Source of the DNA: Emiliania huxleyi CCMP1516
Lineage: Eukaryota
DNA length: 64,000 nucleotides
Direction: 5' to 3'
Assembly: GCF_000372725.1 (NCBI RefSeq)
Contig: NW_005202428.1
Span: 2,469,791 to 2,533,790, forward strand
In this document: positions 24,401 to 36,446 of the stretch, one piece after another
Numbering within the stretch: the first letter of the stretch is position 1
Layout: each line of letters begins with the position of its first letter
Notes under the pieces: model-generated
What the model was told of the DNA's origin: nothing
The model's input: only the letters and a program-made list of their open reading frames with translations
Databases searched by the model: none
Position numbers and translations under genes: made by a program

Positions 24401-26216
24401 CGCCTCTCCTGTCCACAGGCGGGCCGCAAGTCCGACCTGCCCGCGCCCTTCGTCGGGGCGTGGGTCTCCTTCATGCGCGAGTACGGCTGGGACGGCGCCG
24501 ACCAGCTGTTTGTGAGCTCTCCCCGCTACGCGGACTCGCCGCACCTCTTGGTTTCCAAGTTGGGCCACAACAGAAGGGGGGCACTTTTTTTTCCCCCCCC
24601 CCCCCCCCTATCCGCCTCCCCTCTCCCTAGAGTACCCCCCCCCCTCTCTGGCAGGCGGCATCAGCAACCCAGCCGACATTCTGAAGGAGCGCGTCGCCAG
24701 TCGGCGCCGCGTGATGCGCGCGCAAGAGGAGCGCGGCGGACGCGGCTCGGGCGGCCTCTTTGCGCGCTGCGCCGGCGCCAGCCTCGAGAATCCTCTCACA
24801 CAGCTTGTTTCTCCGGCCGCATCTTTGCTCTTTTCACAGGCGCCAACCTCGAGAAGCGGAACCTCCACCTCGACCATCTGATGTGGATCCGGAACGCGCC
24901 CAAGCTGCGCATGGCCCGCGTCACCGCCGCTTTCCGCTCGGCGCTGCTCGCGGCGCAGGCGGACCTCCTCGCCGCCGGCCGGCTCGAGGCGCGAGAGGAC
25001 ACGAGATCACGAGAGACCGAGATGACCCGAGATCAGCCGAGATCACCCGAGGGGGGCCTGCTCGGTGCACATGACCTCCTTGGGTCGTCTCGGGCCCCCT
25101 CCCCAGGCGGAGGGAGATGTCTTCCACGTCTCGGTGCAGCAGCTCGACGCGGCCATCAAGGAGAGCAGCTTCGACCTGAGGGCGGCCGTCACGCCGAACA
25201 GGGCGACCTACGCGCGCGCCAAGAGCGCAAAGAGCTGCCCCATGCTCATCGACTCGCGCGGCCGGATCCTCAAGCCGAACCTCGTCGAGGGGGAGCCCGG
25301 CGAGACGCTTCCTAGACACTTCCGGTATACACTCCCTAGACACTTCCTAGACACTTCCTCAAGCCGAACCTCGTCGGGGGAGGCAGGCACGCTCGTCCGG
25401 GGCTCGCCAGCTCTCTCTCTCTCCACACACACACCTTGTCAACCGCTCTCACACCCGTCTATCATCCACAGGCGCTCTCGTCGGGGCGGCGATCTCTCCC
25501 GGCGTTGCGAGCGGGCGCGTGCGTGTCTGCACCTGCTCCACCGACCCGATCGCGCCGGGCGAGGCGCGCCCCTGCGTGCGGTGCGAGAGGAGCGGCTTGT
25601 CCTCGTGCGGGGAGAGCAGGGGCCCTTCACGTAGGTGCTCGTCGCCATCGTCACCGACCCGGCGTGGACGCCGATGTTTGCGGGCGCCTCGGCCGTCGTC
25701 CTCCAGATTGGCGGCGCGCTGCAGCACGGCGCGCTGTGCGCGCGCGAGTACGGCGAGCCGGGACTTGGGCAGGGCAGAAGACCGCAGCCCGGGACGCGTC
25801 CCCGACACGTCCCCGGATGACACGCCCCCCCTGCAGGCAAGCCCGCCGTCAGCGGGATCGACGTGATGGCTTCGCTCAAGACGGGGATGCAGGCCCGGCG
25901 CACGCGTGCGCCTTTCCGCCAGAGGGGAGAGGGGGAGGGGCGGGGAGGGGGGGAGGGATGCCCAGTGCGCAGCAGCCAGAATGTCCCACGCTCTGTCGCA
26001 CACCGCGCGAGGTTCTCATTGGCGACGCCACCACCTGCCCGCTCGCTCCACCCCTACGAGAGGGTGGAGTCTGTTAGTGTCGTCGAGTACTTCCCTCCCC
26101 GCCCTGACTAGGTCACGGTTGACGGCAACACCGGCATCGTCCGGATCGACGAGAGCCTCCGCCGGAGCTTCTCGCGCCGCCTCTCCGATCGGGACCTCCA
26201 GGGCGTCGAGGCCTGA
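21493..26216 (+). CDS. PEP-synthase/rifampin-phosphotransferase-like enzyme (N-terminal ATP-grasp, central domain, C-terminal phospho-His swivel domain), intron-rich
   Basis: VGGKSASL, VPGGYAIT, AVRSSAPEEDG..SFAG, AGVAFSANP, GLGESVVDG, DTEWA..LLQARPVT; C-terminal SPGVASG, VTDPAWTPMF, GGALQHGALCAREYGKPAV, VTVDGNTG. Confidence 0.88.
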
Positions 26217-26506
26217 GAGCATGCCTGCGAGAGCGAACGGGTCTCTCGCTCGAGAGGAGAGAGGAGCCGAGCGACAGGTGACGAGGCCCGCATCGGGTGT
26301 CATACATCGGGGCTCGAAGCCGAAGGGACCAACTCTCTCTCTCGCGCGCGCGCCGTCTGGCCGGCGGGGGTATGGCGTGTTGTGCTTGTTGGACAAGAAT
26401 ACTAACACCCGCGCTCGCTCATGAATCTCCGCACCAAAAGTCAGAGAACGGAGCTGTGAGACAAACACCCTCTGAAGAGACACAATATCGTCGGCGCGCG
26501 CCGCAG

Positions 26507-26914
26507 CTAGCTGCCGCCTCCGCCGCCGCCCGACACTCGTATGACGCGGTGCTCCGCGGCTAGCTGCTGGCCCAGCTGCCACTCCCCCTGGATGCTCGGC
26601 GTCGACCGGAACGGCTTGTCCCACTTGCGCAAGCGCACGGGTCTGCTGTCGCGGAGGAACTGGAGGCGCATCGAGACCTGCTGCCAGCTGAGGCCCTTGA
26701 GCGAGAGGGCTTTGTCGCCATCGGCCAGATAGCGCGCCTTGACGTGAGGGTGCCGGCCCGGCTGCCGCGACGCGATGATCTCGATCTGCGGATTGGCCTT
26801 GGCGAACGGCGCAAGCTGCGTCGAGATCCAATCGCGCACGCCCTGGCTGCTGCCGCCGTAGTCGCAGTACTTGAGCAGCAGCGTGCGGAGCTGCCACACA
26901 CCCCGCGAGCACAT
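26507..26914 (-). CDS. MRPL43: Mitochondrial ribosomal protein mL43 (L51/S25/CI-B8 domain)
   Basis: MCSRGVWQL..YCDYGGSSQGVR..FAKANPQ..PGRHPHVKARY..PSIQGEW. Confidence 0.9.
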   Translation of the reverse strand: MCSRGVWQLRTLLLKYCDYGGSSQGVRDWISTQLAPFAKANPQIEIIASRQPGRHPHVKARYLADGDKALSLKGLSWQQVSMRLQFLRDSRPVRLRKWDKPFRSTPSIQGEWQLGQQLAAEHRVIRVSGGGGGGS

Positions 26915-27199
26915 CTCGGCGCCGAAAAAAGCTGGGTTCGGGTTCCTGGGCACGTGGGGCTTAGGGACCGGCCCCGCTACCGACGGAGTCTACTCAGAGC
27001 GGTGGTTGAGGCCGATTGCCTCAACTGTCAACCACGTGGTTGACAGAGGCCTCAACCCTCAACCAAGTGGTTGACAGACCCCTTCAACCCCTCAACCACG
27101 CGGAATGGCTGTTCACACCCCCCGCGCAAAGGTCTGAACACACATTCTCTGTGAACCATTCATGTCGTCTTCTTTAACGCCTGGATGCTGCATCACACC

Positions 27200-27809
27200 T
27201 CCCATTCACGCACGTAGCTGAAGCAAGTATCGTAAAAACGGCGCGTCGAAGGCCCCCGCACGGGGGGATCCCGGCCGACGTCATGGTCGTCCGCGGACGC
27301 GGCCCTCCGTCTCCGGAGACATTACCGAACTCAAAACTGCTTACCAAAGCCAGATACGAGCCCAGCTCAGTGAGATCTAGCAGCACATACCCTCAGTATC
27401 CAGAATAGCAAAGTCTGAAAAAGTCGGTCCGACCGCGCAGAGCGGTCTGGCTGTCTGCAGAGCTTCCGTCCGAGCCCTGAGAAATGTCGGAGGCATGTCG
27501 GCCCATGTTCGCGATTTTGATGGCGTTGCCCTTATTGCACGTGAAACAGACCGCGCCGGCCACGCACCCTTGTTCCCGGAGGCCAACTCGAACAGGTTTG
27601 AGCAATGGCCGCCTTCCATGCTCGACACGTCCGCCCGCCATCAAGTTGTACGATGAAAAATGCAGCAGGAACTTAGTTGCCTCGAAGGCCGCCCTGCTCG
27701 AAGGCCGCCCTGCTCTCGGCATTGTGTTGTTGACTGATAGCACTGTCTGATCCAACCAGAAAGAGCCGTCGAAGAGCCGTCGAGAGCTACATGAGACCCA
27801 AGTCGTCAT
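27200..27809 (-). pseudogene. Degenerate glycosyltransferase-like (GT32/DxD-type) relic
   Basis: RTDFFR, then after a frameshift AILDTEG and LLDLTE, resembles the xDxxRxxILxxEGGxYxDxD motif. Stops and frameshifts; lower GC than neighbouring genes. Confidence 0.3.
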
Positions 27810-28343
27810 GATGTACCAGAAAACGAAACTAGCGCCAAAATTGAGATCTCAGGATTGACATTAATTTCTCGCGCCTGCTTTCGCTGCTTGAGGCTCGCCA
27901 AACAGATACTGCGTCTATGGCCGTGTGCAACGTCAAGTCGTTATATAACCGCGACAAGACCATCGCGCCAACCGCGACTCTGTTGCTTTTATGCGGCAGC
28001 ATTCACCGTGACTCTTGCCGTGAATGGTTAGTGACCGCAATACTACGCCGTGAGCTGAGCTTCACCAGCCGTTTATCTTCCTTCCCTTGCCTTCTCTTGC
28101 CGTCCGTTCTCTGTGCGCATTCCACTGCATGCGGCAGCACAAGCGTCTTCTGCCGGGCGCGCATCTGAACTCGTACCTGGTAGGCCATCGCTTTGCTGAA
28201 GGATCAGGCGCCTGAATGGCGACAGTGAGCGTCTCCTACTTATGGATTGCGCTCAAGGTACGAGGACCGCAAGAGCGCGCCGCAGGCGAAGCGATTTTTT
28301 TGGCGGCAGGGCTGTTCCAATCTTGTGATCACGCGCGAGCCTC

Positions 28344-29212
28344 TGAGGGAGGGTGTAGAGGATGTAGAGTGTAGAGCGCTGTAGAGCTGTAGAGATGTAG
28401 AGCGCTCTGGAGCGCTGTAGAGCTGTAGAGCTCTACATCCGCCGCGTGACGAGGCGCCTGCGTTGTAGAGCGATGTAGAGCGCGATTTTGTTGTAGAGTT
28501 TGTTGTAGAGGCTCTACAGCCAAACCGCCGGGAAGGCAGTGACTCAAAGAGGTCGAGCCGCGCTAATGGGGTTTTACCGAGCTTAGTGAAGCTCTGATGG
28601 ACAGCCCTGACTATCCCTGACACACAGAGAGTCCCTCTGACGGCACACAACACCCTATAACTGCGTCATGACCAGCCTGCCATGTGTCGCCGGTGCCGCA
28701 TTCGTCGCTGTGCTTCTTTAGCAGGCGGTGGACTGTCGGCTGCGAGGACGGTCGCATTTGCGCGAGGCGAGGCGAGCATTCAGACGCCTTATCTGCGCCA
28801 TGACTCGCGCCAGCGCGTGCGGGAGCTCCTGGCTGAGCGTTGAGTCCAGGCGAGTTGCGCTGGCCACGATCGCTACGCCGAGCCGAGCTGACGCGCCGAG
28901 GCGCCGGCCAGTCGCAGCCGTGAGGCATGCCACAGCAGCAGAGGCATCTGCCACCCATTGGGCGGGCAGACAGAAGGCCAGGGCAGCACTGGCAAGTGCA
29001 ACGCGCCTCATGTCGGAGAGCGACCGTGCCTCGTTCGCCGCTTATGATGTAGAGTTTGTTGTAGAGATTTCACGTTGTAGAGCGCCTCTACATCGCTCTA
29101 CAACGCAGGCGCCTCGTCACGCGGCGGATGTAGAGCTCTACAGCTCTACAGCGCTCTACATCTCTACAGCTCTACAGTGCTCTACACTCTACATCCTCTA
29201 CACCCTCCCTCA
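28344..29212. mobile_element. Non-autonomous element with ~140-bp TIRs built of TGTAGAG units
   Basis: TGAGGGAGGGTGTAGAGGATGTAGAG...GCGATGTAGAG (28344-28482) is the near-perfect reverse complement of ~29083-29212. CTC on both flanks is a possible 3-bp TSD. Confidence 0.8.
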
Positions 29213-29422
29213 CTCAGGCGAGCCTGTGAATAGGCCCCGGAGGCCTCAACCCCCAACTAAAGGGTTGACGGGGGGTCTCAAGCGTCAATCACATGGTTGA
29301 GGGGGGGCCTCAACCCTCAACCCGTCAACCACCCCTCTGAGCAGAACGGACTGACAGCGCTCACAGCTGAGTGGGGGGGGGGGGGGGGGGGCGCGGCAGT
29401 GATCCGACCCAGTGCTACTCGT

Positions 29423-31151
29423 ATGTCCGACTCCGACCCGCTCGCTCGCTGCCTCGAGCTCAAGGACAGCGGCAACGCGGCTCTCAAGGTGGGTGACACT
29501 GCTGAGGCGATCCGGATGTACGAAGAGGCGGCGTCGCTCGCCGAAGCGCATCCAGACAAGAGCGTGCTTGCCGCTGTGTGCTCGAACCTTTCCGCGGCTC
29601 TCCTCCGCGCGGAGCGTGCGGAGGAGGCGCTGGTGGCGGCCGGCCGCTCCGTCGGCGCTCGGGTGGACTGGTCCAAGGCTCACTTCCGGCGCGGCGAGGC
29701 GGCATTCGCGCTGCGGCAGTACAAGGAGGCGCGAGAGTCGTATCGGCACGCGGCGGAGCTGGACGCCAAGGAGATCAAAGAGGCGCACGGCGCGAGCGCG
29801 GTGCCGCAGCGGGCGGACAAGAGCCTCTCTGCGGCGGTCGCCGTCTGCGACGAGGCGATGCCGGGCGGGATCGTGGCTCCGGAAGCTGCTTCACTGATGA
29901 GTTTTAGGGCACGGGCACTAGGCGATGAAGGGCGGGCTGTGGTTCCGGCAGCTGCTTCCGGGCAGAGACGTGGCGCTCGTGCGGGCGGGCGCCAGCCAGC
30001 CGCAGAAGAACCTCTTCCTCGCGGCGGCGAGCATGAAGAACTTTGTCTACCTGGTCGGTGACGCGGCGACGCGCGAGTGCTACGTGGTGGACGGCTGCTG
30101 GGAGGGGGAGGCGCTGCGGACGTGAGCACAGCGTCTCTTCACTCCTCGAGCTGTACACAGGTGGACGGCTGCTGGGACGTGGAGGGCATCGTCGCGCTGG
30201 CGAGGCGGCACAAGATGAGGCTGGTCGGCGCGGTGGGGGCGCACCTCGCCCTCCACCCACACGCTTCGCCTTCTGCGATCCACGCGCGTCTCCTGTAGGT
30301 GGGGACGCACTACCACTTTGACCACGTCGGCGGCAAGGATCGGCACGGCGGGCCAGCGCCCTCCCCCGCACCCCGGGGCGTAATGCCTGCCCCCTGACAC
30401 CGCAAGGTGCCCCCCCGGCTGGTTGCCATGGTGTGCGGCCCCTTCGCGCAAGAGGCGCAGCTGCCAGGGCTGGGGGAGCTGTCTCGCGACCACGGTGTGC
30501 CGCCGCTCGTGCACTCGCTCGAGGTGGGTCGAGGTCACCCGAGGTCACAAGAGGTCACCCGAGGTCACCCGAGGTCACCCGAGGTCACCCGCTCGAGGTA
30601 GGTGGGTCGCGTCGCGAAGCAGTGCAGCCTCGAGCCGGCGGAGGTGCGCCCTCTCGAGCACGGCGCCGTGCTGCCCCTCGGCCCGTCGGCCGGCGAGATC
30701 GAGGTGCTGCACACGCCGGGCCACAGCGGCGGCTCGGTCTGCCCCTCCCGTGCGGCGGCTTCCCATCGCACCTCTCGTCTCGCGATTGCCGCTTCTCCTT
30801 TCCAGGTCTGCCTCTGCGTGAGGCGGCCAGGCGGAGCCGTCGCGTCGGTACTCGTCGGCGACACCATCTTCCCCGGCTCGTGCGGCCGGCGCGACCCGCC
30901 TCCACCTCCTGAGGCTCCTCATCGTGACGAGACACACGTGGCGATCATTCATCCTTATGAGTAGGCTCGACTTGCCGGACTCGGACGTGGACGCGATGTT
31001 CGACTCGCTGCAGCAGCTGCGCGCCCTCGGCGACGACGTCGTCATCTACCCTGGCCACGGGTACAGCGGAGACAGGACGACGGTCGGCAAGGAGAAGGTG
31101 AGCGGCCTCCTGCGCCCCTTCAGCCGAGAGCAGTGGCGCGCTATGCACTGA
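29423..31151 (+). CDS. TPR domain fused to glyoxalase-II-like metallo-beta-lactamase hydrolase (multi-exon)
   Basis: TPR: LKDSGNAALK..CSNLSAALL..WSKAHFRRGEA. MBL: NFVYLVGD, THYHFDHVGG (HxHxDH), HTPGHSGG, GDTIFPGSCGR, YPGHGY. Confidence 0.88.
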
Positions 31152-33313
31152 TCCGCAACAACAACAAATGATGTGTGAGTGTTAGATTTGTTTCGGATTT
31201 GATATTTATTGTGGGATTTCTTGTAAGCTGGCTTTCTCGTAGAAGTATTTAATGTATTAAAAGGATAAGGAAGGTCCCCCGCCATCGGTGCCACCCCTGC
31301 CACTCTGGGGGGGCGCGGGGGCCCTAGAGAGGGTATCCATGCGGGGGGGAGATGGGGCGGTCCGATGGCCTGCCGCAGGCGCCGATTTTTTCGGATTTTT
31401 TCTTTTTTGCGCCATGTTTCACTTGTTTTCATGGGAATTCGGCGTACTTGTGCGGCCATGCTACCACGCCTTGCGACATCCTTTCGGCGCTGCTCTGACC
31501 GTGCCATGCTGCACAATTGAGATCACCTGCATAGCTCGCGGCCTTAGTATCAAGCATTCAGTGACGACCTGATCGTACGACCAGTAGGAAGGTGTCCTTC
31601 CAGCCGCGTGCACGCTTCTGACGCAAAGCCGTCACAAACTGCCTCAGATTGGCTGCTGGCACTCTCGAGGCTATGCCTACACAGCCTCGCGCGCATGGGC
31701 AGTCAAGAGGGACCACGCACCTTCTCCGGACAGCGCCGGTGCCTCTCTCTTGGACCGGCAAACGTGGTGGTCTCGTGTTACCAATGTGGGACCAGTGCGG
31801 CATCGCGCCATCGACAGCTCTGAACTGCGCCTCACCACTGACCGGGAAGGCCGCCAAGTGGGCCAGCACAGGTCGCACATTGTGGCAGCAGTCAGCAGTG
31901 CATGTCTGATAGCTAGAGCAGCAGCGTCAGGGTCTCGCAGGGTCGGATCGTGTCAAGCCTCTCGCCCGGCCGGCCGCGTGCAGACGTCGGCCTGTCTGCT
32001 GTCTGGAGTGATCTGTCGGCGGTCAGTACGACCGATCAGGTCGGAGTTTTCTTATGGTTAGAGGGTCTATCTGTATGTACTCCTCGAGATCTCTCCAAAT
32101 CTGCCCTCTGATCAACCGTGATCATTCGGGAAGTTGGTAGTATGTGAGCGAGTATGAGCGCCGGGGCCCCGTTTCCGCACTGCTGCGCGGCGCACGGTGC
32201 CTCCGGGGGCCCCCGCGCCCCCCCAGAGACCTGCCAGTTTCGGAGGGCAAACCCTGCCCGGCCCCTAGGTGCTAGGAGCCTAGGGACCCCAGGTAAGGCC
32301 CAGGTGTGGCCTAGGGCATCACAAGGGACCAAGAGGAGTCCAGTCTGAGCCATAGAGCCCATATCTTAGCCCCCGAAGGTCGCGTTCAAATGCCCGCGGG
32401 AACGGCCGTGACGCGTCTCAGTGGTGTCCGGCCGGCGCGATCACCGAGCTGTGACGCTCAGGGAAGCCTGATGAGGTGCTGGTTTCTTTGCCCAGGCCTG
32501 GCCTTCCCCCCAGGCTGGATCAGCTGAGCAAGGTTTGGGGAGAATCCTATATTAGGATCTCTCTCGGCATGTGCTGGACGGTGCGCAGTTTTGCTGCCAA
32601 GTGAGGTCTAAGGACCACACGAGGTCGACCCGAGGTCGACGCGGGCGACGAGGCGAGGGGTGGGGTGTCCTGGTGAAAGGGCGAGGGAAGGCCAAGGCGT
32701 GGCGGCGGGCAACGACCCGCGAGCGACATGCCGACATATGTGCATTAAGGGTGTACCTACGGTCTTACGCCTGTGTGGCAGCTCTTCCCCCCGACGTGGC
32801 TCCTGGCTCTGCGCATTTGCGCGCGCCTGCTCACACCGGCCTATGTACATATGTAGATTATGTGGACGTATTTTCTTTGGCGTGGAGATGCGAGGGTCGT
32901 CCCCCCTTGCCCCACCACTTAGCACTTTTGTGTGTGTGGAGACACGATTTTACCGCGGTAAGGCTCGAGTTCACGAACTAGTTCGAGGGTTCGGGCACCC
33001 AAGGGCGAACGACCGAACCGATGCAGCGAACCAAGGGGATGCGTCCAGAGCGAACTCCGAAACCGAACGAACCGCGAGTTTACCGACCGAACCAGTTCAT
33101 GAACCAGTTCGCCAGTTCGCCCGCGAACGTCAAAGGCTGTTGTTGTCACCTACAAAGATTTTTACAACAAAGCTCCCTCGCACGACACTGGGCACGGGAC
33201 TGGCGCGCCCTGGCACTAACACAGTACACCCACCTACTACAAAGAAATCTCGCCGTTTTCGCGCCCTCATTGCAATACACGTGTGCCCGCCACCCGACGT
33301 ACTCGTGTACTTA

Positions 33314-33913
33314 ATGGTTTTCGGCATCGGGTCCCTCTCTGGCGGCTTCGTCAAGCTCAACGCCCTCTTCCCTCCCATCATCGCGGTCGCGGCCGCCTCC
33401 CTCCGCTGGTTTGTCGCCTCGTCCGCGTCGGAAATGGTGCTCGCGGCGCTGCCGGTGCCGGTGGAAAAGGTTCCTTTCCTGGTGGCCGCGTCACTGCCGG
33501 CCCTCATCTTCATCTCGGGTCTCTTGCCCATCATGGGCCTTGCCGCCGCCAAGCCCGACGGCTACGACAACCGCCATCCTCGCCTCATGAAGACGGCCGA
33601 GTCACTGATGCCCAAGTACCCGCTGAATTTCCGGCTGCAGAGCGCGCACAACAACACCATCGAGATGGTGGCAATGGCGGCGCCGGCCTTCTTCGTCGCT
33701 CACGCCCTCGGCCTCAACCAGCTCCTGTTTGCGAAGCTCTCTGTCCTGCTCCTCCTCGTGCGCCTCGTCTACATCCCGCTCTACGCGCTCGACTCAGACG
33801 CCGCACGCACCACCGCTTTTGTCATGGGCGCGTTTTCCATCTTCTCCATCGGGTTCGGCGCGATATTCCCCTCAACGGTCCTGACGCTCTTTGGCATCGC
33901 CGCGCAGGCCTGA
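33314..33913 (+). CDS. MAPEG-family membrane protein
   Basis: GYDNRHPR, RLQSAHNNTIE and VRLVYIPLY motifs with hydrophobic helices; intronless from ATG 33314. Confidence 0.8.
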   Translation: MVFGIGSLSGGFVKLNALFPPIIAVAAASLRWFVASSASEMVLAALPVPVEKVPFLVAASLPALIFISGLLPIMGLAAAKPDGYDNRHPRLMKTAESLMPKYPLNFRLQSAHNNTIEMVAMAAPAFFVAHALGLNQLLFAKLSVLLLLVRLVYIPLYALDSDAARTTAFVMGAFSIFSIGFGAIFPSTVLTLFGIAAQA

Positions 33914-34320
33914 GTTCACCACTCCACGGGCTCGATCGAGCCCCGCAGCGGAGACGGCTGCAGGTGCACAGGCGCAGGACAGACACCCTTTTGAGTAGCT
34001 TGGCTTCAGAGAAGTGACGCTGCCCGATGTCGGCAAATCGGGATCAGACAGGGAAGGCTGCGTGGTCACTAGGTCTAGGAACGTGAGCGTGTGGAAGGAA
34101 GAGAGGTAGGGTAGGTATAGGGGACACGCGGTTCTCGGACGCGTGTGTTGCCGTGTGTTGCCGTGTTTCCCCTTCCACCACTCGTCTTGTGGCATGTAGG
34201 CCACCGATACCTGCACAAAACCCGCAACTGCCTCCATTCTTTCTCTTTTACGTTGATGGCCCAAAGGGTTCCACGCCTTCTCAAAAACCTTCGCTGCTGC
34301 TTCGCACTCTCTCTCTCGAA

Positions 34321-35081
34321 ATGGCAGCCCTTGTCGCTTGCTCCGCGCTCGTCACGTCGTTCGTCGCCCCTGCGGCGCCGCGCGCAAGCTCCCGCTCGTC
34401 CGTCTCTATGTACTACGGCACCGGCACCTACCAGACGCCTTTCACCTTTGAAGGCGGAGACTTGCGCCGTCGCCGCACACTCTCCCGGCAGGCAGCCTCT
34501 CTCTCTCTCAACCTCTGCCCCGGCGCTGCGACAATAGGCAACTCGCAGACCAACGAGTACGTCGGCTACAACGACATGATCCGCAACCGTGGCGATTACT
34601 ACCGCAACGGTGAGTCGCTTCGCGACGCCGGCCGCACCAACGTGTACGCCGGCAACGGAATGTCGCGCTACAGCCGCGCCATGGACCGCATGTACTCGCG
34701 CTCGTACGGGATGGGCTACGGCGGCGGCTACGGCGGCGGGTATGGCGGCATGCGCGGCGGGTATGGCGGCATGCGCGGCGGATACGGGATGATGGGCGGA
34801 TACGGCGGCGGATACGGGATGATGGGCGGATACGGGGGTGTGCCCTCGCCGCCCGCTCACACAGCCCTCTCTCCTCGTCGAGACGGGCGGGCCGTGTCTC
34901 ATCTCTAGGCTATGGCGGCGGCTATGGCCGTGGCGGCGGGTACGGAATGATGGGCGGATACGGCGGGTGCGATGAAGATGCCCGCCCCTCCCTCTTTCCC
35001 AGGCTTGTTCGCTCTCACAGGCCCGCCCCCTTGTCCGCCAGGTACGGCCGCGGCGGCTACGGCGGCTACGGCGGCTACTGA
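34321..35081 (+). CDS. Gly/Tyr/Met/Arg-rich low-complexity protein with probable bipartite plastid-targeting presequence (3 introns)
   Basis: MAALVACSALVTSFVAPAAPRASSRSSVSM followed by YGGGYGGMRGG repeats; ends GYGRGGYGGYGGY*. Confidence 0.7.
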
Positions 35082-35691
35082 GTCGCGTTCGCCATTGCGG
35101 CGGCGAGGTTGCGGCGGTGCCGGTTCGCAAGACTGCCTGGCGCCGCCCGTCGATCAGCCGCCGGGCGCGAGGCATGGGCGGGGCGCGACCGCGCGCATGC
35201 GGGGCGAGAGAGCGCGCACCATAAGGTGCACACTCTGGGCCTTCGGGAGGGGCGTGAGATGATGGCGGTGCGATGCACCGCCAGACGATGGGGCGGTTTT
35301 GCCGGCAGACACTGGACGAGGCGCGGCATAGTGCCCGCGGGGTGTGTAAGAGTCGTGTGTTATCGTTGTTGTCATGTGCTCGAATTACGTATATTTGAAT
35401 GATGTCAAGAGTCGAAGATCGTAGGACGAACGAACGTGATCGTGAAACACAGTGAAACACAGTGAATGTGAAGCACGGAGACGCGATCTTGGGTCAACTC
35501 GAACGAGATTGTTGAAGCTTGAACATGTTCGGCCCGCCGCGTCCTTTGGCCAAAGTACAGGTTTCGATCCGGGCCACCGCAAATTTTGATCAGCAAATTT
35601 CGAGGGGCGGCCGCAAATTTTGAGGTAGATTTTGATTGTCAAAATGTGTCCGTCTTGGCACAGGATAGAGCATATAGGCGGCGAACACCCA

Positions 35692-36350
35692 GGTGCGCAG
35701 GGACATCGCGACTCTGCCCGCTCGCTCGACCCTTTTGCCGCGAGAGGGCGCCGGCCGCGTGTAAGAGGTGGCTGGCGCCCTGAGGCGGCAATTGGTGGCG
35801 TGGGGAGTGCGGAACGCTACTGGCGGCGTGACAGGGCCTCGTTGCGTGTGCCGCCCATCGGCACGCGGGTGCGCAGACATCGCGCGACTCTGCCCGCTCG
35901 CTCGACCCTTTTGCCGCGAGAGGGCGCCGGCCGCGTGTAATCGTGTAAGGAGGTGGCTGGCGCCCTGAGGCGGCAATTGGTGGCGTGGGGAGTGCGGAGA
36001 ACGCTACTGGCGGCGTGACAGGGCCTCTCTCGGTTGCGTGTGCCGCCCATCGGCACGCGGGTGCGCAGACATCGCGCGACTCTGCCCGCTCGCTCGACCC
36101 TTTTGCCGCAAGAGGGCGCCGGCCGCGTGTAAGAGGTGGCTGGCGCCCTGAGGCGGCAATTGGTGGCGTGGGGAGTGCGGAGAACGCTACTGGCGGCGCG
36201 ACAGGGCCTCTCTCGGTTGCGTGTGCCGCCCATCGGCACGCGGGTGCGCAGACATCGCGACTCTGCCCGCTCGCTCGACCCTTTTGCCGCGAGAGGGCGC
36301 CGGCCGCGTGTAAGAAGTGGCTGGCGGCCTGGCGCCCTGAGGCGGCATTT
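35692..36350. repeat. Tandem repeat of ~175-190 bp, 3.6 copies (subtelomere-like satellite)
   Basis: Unit GGTGCGCAGACATCGCG..GACCCTTTTGCCGCGAGAGGGCGCC..GGCAATTGGTGGCG starts at ~35692, 35868, 36060 and 36243. Confidence 0.9.
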
Positions 36351-36446
36351 GGTGGGGTCAGCGTGCGGTGCTGAGTCTTACTCGTCGGCGCTGGGGCCAG
36401 ATCCCAGCGCAGAACTCTGCAACGCTGGCATACAAACACAAGAAGA

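Noticed and set aside
35692..36350. Possible CRISPR-like array
   Set aside because: Units are contiguous near-identical tandem repeats without unique spacers; eukaryotic context and no cas genes.
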